A DNA stretch of 64,000 bases from Pelagomonas calceolata (Eukaryota). The notes under the pieces are model-generated. The model made no database searches and was not told where the DNA came from. It saw only the letters and a list, made by a program, of their open reading frames with translations. The DNA is taken from assembly GCA_918797485.1 (NCBI GenBank), contig CAKKNE010000006.1, forward strand, positions 186,001-250,000, read 5' to 3'. The position numbers and the translations under genes were made by a program. Below, in pieces: positions 53,226-61,227 of this stretch (its first letter is position 1; the number at the start of each line of letters is the position of its first letter).

Positions 53226-53880
53226 CTAGCTCAGGAAGCCCAGCTCCGCGCCGTTGTTCTTCGCGAGCTTGACGAGGTTCGTCTTCAGGGTTTTGGGCGC
53301 CTGTGTGGAAATCAACCAGTGTTGGGCGAGCAGGCGTCGCGTCGATGGCGTGGAGGTCGACGCGACGATTCAGCACGAACGCGCCGTAATAATTTTTGAT
53401 TTCCACACAGCTGGGCGCCTCTTTGACGAATTCGTCGTAGTCGATGACGCAATTGTCATCTTCATCCGCCCGCTTCATGATGGCGTCGATCTGCGCCTCA
53501 GATAAGTGGTAGAACCCGAGCTTCTTCAGCGCCCGCTCGAGCTCGTCGCGGTCCACGGTGCCGTCGCCGTCGAGGTCCGCGAGTTCGAAGAGCTTCTGTA
53601 GCGCCAAGCAACCGAACGGCGAGTCGCTCGTGTCGACGAAAGCTTGGATGACCTTCGTGTGCGCGCCGATCACGCGGCCGCGGAAGCTCAGGAACCGCTC
53701 CTTGCCCACCAAACGCTTGGCGAGGCGAACAATGGGCGAAAAAATCCCGTTCTTCGCCGTGCCCATCATCACGACCGTGCTGGCCGGTGTGCGGCGGCTG
53801 GCGGTGACGCCGACGTACGGCCGCGGCGCGAACGCTGACGCCGCGACGGCGCAAAGCGCGAGGAGACGAGTGCGTACCAT
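53226..53880 (-). CDS. Plastid-targeted EF-hand protein; intron 53301-53418
   Basis: Signal peptide + ASAFAP; EF hands DLDGDGTVDRDE and DEDDNCVIDYDE; 537-nt spliced frame ends ..KTNLVKLAKNNGAELGFLS*. Confidence 0.88.
53301..53410 (-). mobile_element. Introner element; TSD ttgggcgc/ctgggcgc, GC donor
   Basis: TIR ctgtgtggaaatcaa...ttgatttccacacag; 7/8 TSD. Confidence 0.93.
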
Positions 53881-54350
53881 TGTTTCAGATGGGTTGCGCG
53901 GAGGAGTTTAGAAAAGAGCCGATGACAGCGTGGCTTTGTGCTCTCTGAGATGACGTCAAGAGCGCAGCGCTGCAACGCAGCAGCAAAAACAGCTTTCTTG
54001 CGCAAGTATTGCACTACGCCGAATGCGCTGGCGAGCCAGAGGTGGTGCGAGACACCGATTTAAGACGGCTGACAGGACTCAAGGAGATCTCCATAGAGAT
54101 TTCGTCAGTCGACGGCTCTCGGGATTGATGCACAGGTGCCCGTGTGTCGCGCAGCGCTCGCTCGAGCGGCCAAAATGAGTTGTCCTTGGTGCTAGCGGCC
54201 TGTAAAAGGCACTAGCCAAGCATGCAAAGCGCTGGAGCTGCAGTCGTGCACGCCGCACAGCTCTGGTCGTAGTGCAACACGGTAACTGGTAGCTCTGGTA
54301 GTGGCCAGTGCACTGCTGCGGAAGCGCTCACTGGCACTGGCACCTGCATC

Positions 54351-54928
54351 ATGGCTGCACTCCGGCTCCTGCTCTGCACCGCACTCCAGACGTGCGTCGC
54401 GCTGTCGGCGCGCGCTGCGTGTCGCCCCTGCGCCCCGCAAGCAGAACCGCTCAAATGGATTATTGTGGGAGGCGGTCCCCACGGCGTGCACATCGCGACG
54501 GCGCTGCTGCAACAGGTGCCCGGTGTCACCACCTGTGTGGAAATTAAAATTTTACGGCGCGTTCGTGCTGAATCATCGCGTCGTCCTCCACGCCATCGAC
54601 GCGACGCCTGCTCGATGGCGTGGCGATGCCGGTGCACCCGACTCACTGGTTGATTTCCACACAGGTCACCACCGCCAATTTGCGCATCGTCGACGATAAC
54701 CCAGAACTCCTCCACGCCTGGAAGACGCGCACGCGGGACGTCGGCATGACTCATTTACGGTCCTCCGCCTCGAACCACCTCGACGTCCGCGAGGACGCGC
54801 TCAAGAAATACGCGGAAAGCAGCTGGTATCGACGTGGCCGACACGTCTTCATTAAATACGCATCTATTGTCGGACGGGACGCGCATCTCCGACGAACGGC
54901 GGTTGCAGGCGGACGCCGCGGCTGCTGA
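54351..54928 (+). pseudogene. 3'-truncated paralog of the FAD/NAD(P)-binding oxidoreductase at 59499
   Basis: Homology (WIIVGGGPHGVHIA ... HLRSSASNHLDVREDALKKYA) ends at ~54815; same intron position. Confidence 0.75.
54533..54664 (+). mobile_element. Introner element; perfect TSD gtcaccac
   Basis: ctgtgtggaaattaa...ttgatttccacacag; 8/8 TSD. Confidence 0.95.
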
Positions 54929-55695
54929 TGAACCGATGGCTTCGGACGCCTCGCGGCGCTTGCTCGATTTCGCGCCGCACGAGCCGCGGAACGGTTTGTT
55001 GTTTCCGCCGGCCTACGAGGCTGTGAATGCAAAGCCGGTGGTCAAGGCGATCCAGCGCGCGAACACACGCGCTTCAAGGAGGAGCCGCGGGCGCGCGCAA
55101 ATACGACGGGCAGCTACCCGGACCTGTCCTCCGTGTCGTCGGAGACGACGTCGCCGGGCGACGAGGGGCTGGTACCCATGACGCCTAGAATTATGCCAGG
55201 AGCTGGTGATGAATCGCCGCTGATGACGTGGGGCGCCGTCGCGGCGACGCCGCGGCGAATATTGGAGAGAGACGACCGGCGCCAGGAGCTAGGCCGCGCC
55301 CTCGACGCGCGCGCCAAGCGGCGGCGGACGGCGCCGCCGGCGCCCTCGCCGCTGCGGGTGGCGCTGGACGCGCGCAAGCGGTCGTCGTCGCGGCCGGCGC
55401 GCGGGTCGGCGCGAACGCCGGCTCGGAGCCCCGCGCCGCCCCGTCCGCGCTGATGATGTGTAAGTTGATTATGATGTATCCAGGGCTCAGGCTCAGGCTT
55501 ACGCCGCGGAACCCCCCGTACCCCTCCTGCGCCCCCCGGGCCCACCCGTCCGGCTGGTCTCGGACGCAAATCGGAGCCTAGTGTATCGATACACTAGCAC
55601 GAAAAAATTAACTCGGCGCGCTGTGCCTTGGTACGACGCGAGTTTGCAAATACAGCGCCGTTCTGAGTGGCATACATTAGACCGAGTCGGGCAGC

Positions 55696-56883
55696 ATGCC
55701 TCCGCGCAGAAAAAAGGCCGCCGGTGACCAACCAGCTGCAGCCAGGAAGCGAGCAAGGCCCGCTGTGAAGCCTCCCGCGCGCGGCACGAAGACGTGCTCT
55801 GGATGTCAAGCGGAATTGCCCTCCTGCGCCAAGGAATGTGATAATTGTGGCAAGACGTTCGGCGCTGGTCCGAGGCAAGTACAACCGCCGCCGCGGCCGA
55901 TCCCGCCGCGACCGCCGAGCGACGATGAAGCAGCAGAGGAGTTGCGGCGGCTCGCTCGGGAGGATTTTGGTGCCGATTTCGTCCTGGACAACGTCAAGCT
56001 AGAAGGAAACGACCGGCCCGGCACCTACAACCACGTGAAGCGAGGTCTCTGCACGAAGACCATGATGAACTGCTGCGCCGCGTACATGATAGCGTTTGGC
56101 TTCACGTACCCCATGGTTGAGACCTCCTTATGCTGCGCGTGGTGGTGGTGGAGTTGGGTGGGCGTCCTAGTGTGCTACTGGAAGAAGTACGGCTGGGGCC
56201 TGTGGTCGTTTGCCATTGACGAAGGCGGCAACCATACGGGTGGAGGTCGACCAGTAATGAGGGCGCTCGGCTTCATGGGCGACTTTGAGGATTGGGTCGC
56301 TGGGAGGACCCTTAGTGGAACGGCGCTGCGCTGCCTAGCTTTATTCCTGGACTGCTCCCTGGACGCGCTGCCTTCTGGCCTCTACATGATCCCCTGCTAC
56401 GGTCCCATGCTGTCGGCTACTTTCATGGCGCTCAATTGGTATTTCCCCCTCCTCTACATCACCATCGTGTGCACGAAGCGTGGCGAGTACGTCTGTAAGG
56501 GCGCGGACCTGGGCGAAGAGGCGATGCACACGGTTCTGTCGGGCTGCTTCTTCTTGAGCCACACCGTCGTCAACAACTCGGCGTACTTTCTCTGCCCGTC
56601 GGCGTGGCTCGGGCACGAGAACGACGACCAGCCCTACTTCATCACGTTCGTGCTCCCGGCGGCGCAGCTCTACAAAAAACGCGTGGTCTGCTGGTCGATT
56701 CGACATTCTGAGCCCACGCTGCGAAATGACGAAGCCTCGCGCCGGCTCGTTGATAAGTTGAAGGCCGCGGCGCGGCTCTACAATATCCCGCTGGCGTCGA
56801 ATAAAACGAACCACGTCCTGTGGGTGCTTGGTGTCGTTGATTGCTTTAGAGTGAACGCGGACGTCGTCGCGAACAGTGTGTAA
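55696..56883 (+). CDS. Orphan protein with N-terminal NLS-like stretch and CxxC..CxxC zinc ribbon
   Basis: 395-aa ATG ORF; KTCSGCQAELPSCAKECDNCGKTF. Confidence 0.55.
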   Translation: MPPRRKKAAGDQPAAARKRARPAVKPPARGTKTCSGCQAELPSCAKECDNCGKTFGAGPRQVQPPPRPIPPRPPSDDEAAEELRRLAREDFGADFVLDNVKLEGNDRPGTYNHVKRGLCTKTMMNCCAAYMIAFGFTYPMVETSLCCAWWWWSWVGVLVCYWKKYGWGLWSFAIDEGGNHTGGGRPVMRALGFMGDFEDWVAGRTLSGTALRCLALFLDCSLDALPSGLYMIPCYGPMLSATFMALNWYFPLLYITIVCTKRGEYVCKGADLGEEAMHTVLSGCFFLSHTVVNNSAYFLCPSAWLGHENDDQPYFITFVLPAAQLYKKRVVCWSIRHSEPTLRNDEASRRLVDKLKAAARLYNIPLASNKTNHVLWVLGVVDCFRVNADVVANSV

Positions 56884-57074
56884 ATCAAACGGCAGTCGGC
56901 GCCGGCCCCGATGTATCAAACAAAGCGTTCACGCGTGCCTGACGCCTCGCTTCAACGCGAACCTACGCGAGCTCAGATCCACCACCCGCGCAGGTCGAGA
57001 ATTGGAACGACGCGGAGGCGAGAAAGCTGTGCGGCTGGGCGTTCCGGGGCGGCCAGTGCGAGCTGCGGACGCTC

Positions 57075-58391
57075 ATGGCGAAGTACGGCCTGTTGTTGTG
57101 CGGGGACGGCAGCAACAACGAGGTTACGTTCGAGGCGCTGCCCCCGGACTACTTCAAGAGCGTGGGCCTGCCCGAGCGGAGGATCGAGCTGGAGGTGCGG
57201 ACGCGCATCGCGATGCACCTGTGGATCGAGGAGCACGGCTGGCTGGGCTTGTTCAAGCACGCCCTGAAGCATGGCGTGCTGCGGGTCGACGCCGGCCAGG
57301 ACCCGCTCGAGGGCCTCATCGGTAGCAACAGCAAACCGGTCCACGCCGCCGTCGCCGAGCGCGTCCTACCTCCGCCGTGGGCCGCGGGCGTCGCGCGGGT
57401 CCGGCTCGCGAAGAAGCCGCTCTTCCTCACGTTCGACGACGCGCAGCGCGCGGCCATCGACGAGGAGAGCCAATCTTCGTGGCGGCGCTGGTTTGGGGCG
57501 GGTTGGTCGGCGCGGAGCTCCCTCGCCAACGCCCTGCATCGAAAGCACCATTGGGGTTTCCAGATTGGCGCCTGTGTGTACGACCCCGAGGAGCAGGAGT
57601 GTCCGGAGGCGGACGAGCACTTTAGGAGGTGTCTCGGGACGACAGCTCCTCCGAATGACGACGAGTCCCAGGGCGACGACGCGTCCCAGGACGGCGACGA
57701 TCCGGAGCTGCACGAGGAGTTGGACGACGAGGAGAAGCGCCTCGCGACGGAAGCGTTAGATGCGGCGGAGGTCCCGCGCGATAGCTTCCTGCGGCGAGCG
57801 GCCAAGGCATTCGCTAGAGCGGTGCCCCGATTGTGCTCTACGGGGCCGGGCGACGTCGCCCGGGGGCCGGAGGCGCCTCGGGACGCGGCGGACGCGGGTA
57901 GTGGACCTTCGGAAGATGACGAGCGCTTCAAGTCGTGCTTAGCTTTGATGAAGAGCGGCGCGCTCCCCAAAAAGAAGACGCCGGCCGGCCAACGGCCTTG
58001 TGGTGAGTGTTGGAACGCCCTTCACAGGGGTGGTGCGACTTGCAGGACCTGTAAGAATATGGAGCGGCGGCCGGTGCCCGGGTCGCGGCGCGGGACGCGC
58101 GATCGCACTGTGCCGGGCTCGACGCCGGAATTTGTTGGAGTGAGGTCATGCAACGAGGTCATGGACGTCGAGACGGGCCTGCGCACGGACGGCGGGATGA
58201 CATGCCAATGTTGCTTTGATGCGGTGTATTTGGATGAAGGTTACAGAGGACGTCATGCTACCATCGGCGGCGAGCCGTATTCTCAGTGCTACCGCAAGGA
58301 ACAGTCGAGGAAGGACTCCTTTCTCGTGTCGAGGCTGAAGCAGAAGTTGGAGAAGCTGCGGCGGCAGCGAGCCGTGGGCAACATCGAGTGA
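57075..58391 (+). CDS. Orphan protein with acidic linker and C-terminal Cys clusters
   Basis: 438-aa ATG ORF; CGECW..CRTC, C..CQCC..CY. Confidence 0.55.
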   Translation: MAKYGLLLCGDGSNNEVTFEALPPDYFKSVGLPERRIELEVRTRIAMHLWIEEHGWLGLFKHALKHGVLRVDAGQDPLEGLIGSNSKPVHAAVAERVLPPPWAAGVARVRLAKKPLFLTFDDAQRAAIDEESQSSWRRWFGAGWSARSSLANALHRKHHWGFQIGACVYDPEEQECPEADEHFRRCLGTTAPPNDDESQGDDASQDGDDPELHEELDDEEKRLATEALDAAEVPRDSFLRRAAKAFARAVPRLCSTGPGDVARGPEAPRDAADAGSGPSEDDERFKSCLALMKSGALPKKKTPAGQRPCGECWNALHRGGATCRTCKNMERRPVPGSRRGTRDRTVPGSTPEFVGVRSCNEVMDVETGLRTDGGMTCQCCFDAVYLDEGYRGRHATIGGEPYSQCYRKEQSRKDSFLVSRLKQKLEKLRRQRAVGNIE

Positions 58392-58723
58392 GGTGCCCGC
58401 GGCCATGGTCTTGGGACGACCTTAAAAATACCCACCCAAAATTAGCAATGCCCGGGCGCTTACAAGCGGGTACGTCCTGGGATATGACGTCGGAAAACTG
58501 TCCCACCAAAATTGTTCGCGGCTTCCTACCATGGTGAAGCCGCGGCGGTTTGACAAGGCCTGGATGGAGGCCTTGTGAGCGGGGAGTAGGACCATGCCTA
58601 CGTGCGCACGTGTGACGTCACTGGGAATTTACCTGTACGTTGCTTTGGATCTACCCGTGCGGCCCGGGCTATCAGACCCGGGTCCCTTCTACGACCATTA
58701 CCATTACGGACCCCCGGGTCCGC

Positions 58724-58917
58724 TAATGCAGCCCTCCCCTTGTGGGAGTGACCGTGACAAGCCGGTATAAATGCAGAGTTGGTAGAACAGCGGCGATGCG
58801 GCACGCGACGTTGGACGCGGCGGCGGCGCGTCGAGGTGCAGCTTCTATGATCACCACCACCATAATGCAGCCTCCCCTCGCGGGGATGACCGTGACAAGC
58901 CGGTATAAATGCAGAGT
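58724..58917. repeat. ~55-bp imperfect direct repeat (58724-58779 / 58863-58917)
   Basis: taatgcagcc..cccct..ggg..tgaccgtgacaagccggtataaatgcagagt occurs twice. Confidence 0.85.
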
Positions 58918-59498
58918 CTGGTACATTCTGGTGAGGGGTTATAACCACCACACGTCGGCGGGACTTGGATGCGGACGATTTGATACGTTACACGAGTTTT
59001 ATCAAAGAATAGGGTCGTGCGTCGTCGTCGTCGTTCTAGGAGCCGTGGATAGGCGTCGACGCCTGCATCCTTACAACGACCACACGCTCGTGCGGCTCGG
59101 TGGCGCGGGGGACGCGGTCGGTATCCATCGAAATTGCTGTTCTGCGTCATCGACCTAATATACGCGGGAGGCTTCGCGGCGCGGCCCCCTCGACCCCTTA
59201 ACAAAAATTGTATACCTCTAGGGAATGAAACCCGCACGAAATTATCATGATATACTAGTATATTTTCAAATTTCTTAATCTGTTAGGTTCAGCAAGGCCG
59301 CGACCCCAGCCAAGACCCACGTGTCCGAACCAACTCTAGAGTCCTTGGCTAGCGGCAGCTCCAGATTTCAGTCGTGCCGAGCGCTGCTGCAACACCACTC
59401 TGGTGGCTTATCCGACTGCTCTGGTAGCTCTGGTCGTGGCCCGTGCAACGCGGCAGTCCGCAGCGCGCTGCGTAATAGCTGGCTGGACTGCTGGCAAC

Positions 59499-60985
59499 AT
59501 GACTGCTGCAGCACTCCGAGCAGCAGCACTGGTCTGCACTCTCCAGACATGCGTCGCGCTGTCGGCGCGCGCTGCGTGTAGCCCCTGCGCCCCGCAAGCA
59601 GAACCGCTCAAATGGATTATAGTGGGAGGCGGTCCGCACGGTGTGCACATAGCGACGGCACTGCTGCAACAGGTCCCCGGCGTCACCACCTGTGTGGAAA
59701 TCAAAATTTTACGGCGCGTTCGTGCTGAATCATCGCGTCGTCCTCCACGCCATCGACGCGACGCCTGCTCGATGGCGTGGCGATGCCGGTTCCTCGCGTG
59801 CACCCGACTCACTGGTTGATTTCCACACAGGTCACCACCGACAATTTGCGCATCGTCGACGATAACCCCGAACTCCTCCACGCCTGGAAGACACGAACGC
59901 GCGACGTCGGTATGTCGCACCTGCGCTCGTCCGCCTCGAACCACTTAGATGTGAGAGAAGATGCCCTAAAAAAGTACGCGGCCGAGACCTGTGGAAAAGA
60001 TTGCTGCCGGCCAGGTAAAAAATCGGTCTTCGCGGCAGATTACATGCGGCCTAGACTGGACTTGTTCAACGACCACTGCGACGACGTCGTAAAGAGGCAT
60101 AAGTTAAGAGAGAGTCACATCCGAGGTATGGTGTCTGATATCGTGCCGGGCGCTATTACATCATTGAGAGTGCGCAGAACTGATGGCCTGGTCGACTTAC
60201 GGGCGGAGAATGTGGTGTTAGCGTTAGGCGGCGGCGCGCCGGCGTATCCAGAGTGGGTTTGTCAGACGGCCGTGTCGCGAGGTCTGATCCGGCACGTCTT
60301 CGAGACAAGCTCTGAGGGAGGGGACTCGGTCGCGATAATCGGAGGAGGCATCTCCGCGGCGCACCTCGCGCTGCGGCATTCGCGTGCAGGTGCGAAAGTG
60401 CACATGGTCTTCCGCCACGACATGAGGGAGCAGTCGTTTGACTGCCACCAGGACTGGATGATGACGCGCGACGCGTCGGCGCGCACGGGGTTTATTCCCG
60501 AGCGGCAGCTCGCCTTTGCGGGCGTCGAGTCCTTCGACGAGCGGCGGGACATCATCCGGCGCGAGCGGTTGGCTGGTACCATGCCGGCCTCGGTGTCGCG
60601 GGGCCGAAACGGCCTCAGGTATGCAATTGAGAAGGGCGCGGTGCGGCACCATAAAGCCGACGTCGAGCAAATGGTGCTTGACGGCGACGGCGTCTCATTA
60701 ACACTGACGACGGGCGCCGAGATTCACGTCGACCGCGTGCTGCTCGCGACGGGCTTCAGCAAAAAACCGCCCGGCGCGGGCCTCGTCGAGAGGATGGTTC
60801 GGAAAAGTGACTTGGAACTGTGCTCGTGTGGATATCCCGCGCCGGACAAGTATCTGCGGTGGGGCGACGTCTACGTCGCGGGCGCGCTCGCGGAGTTGGA
60901 GCTCGGTCCTTCTGCGCGGAATATTGCTGGGGCGAGACTTGCGGCGGAGCGGATCGTCGAGGGGGCGTTGTTGCGCCGTGTGTAA
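59499..60985 (+). CDS. FAD/NAD(P)-binding oxidoreductase with signal-like N-terminus; intron 59682-59830
   Basis: Two Rossmann motifs (IIVGGGPHG; IIGGGISAAH), VLLATGF, GALAELELGPSARNIAGAR; 1338-nt spliced frame. Confidence 0.88.
59690..59830 (+). mobile_element. Introner element; perfect TSD gtcaccac
   Basis: ctgtgtggaaatcaa...ttgatttccacacag; 8/8 TSD. Confidence 0.95.
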
Positions 60986-61227
60986 GTTGTCTGTGGAAGT
61001 CTACCTCTGTCCGAGTCTGGAACCGTTGTCGCTGGCGCGAGCCAAGTCGCGAGCCCGCCGCCCGGCGGGCGGGCCCTTGGTTGGGGGGGCTCCGCCCAGG
61101 GGCGCGCCCAGCGCCGTCCTAAATTAGCTCCCGCCGGACCTCAGTTTTTAATTGACTAAGTATTTTACTAGTACTATAACCATATTGAATATTCATGTAT
61201 TTGAGCCGGCACTTTACGTCACAACAC

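Noticed and set aside
55500..59270. Helitron or autonomous introner parent
   Set aside because: CTAG and palindromes are present, but CTAG is common at gene ends here; no Rep/helicase or DDE motifs and no introner TIRs at the borders
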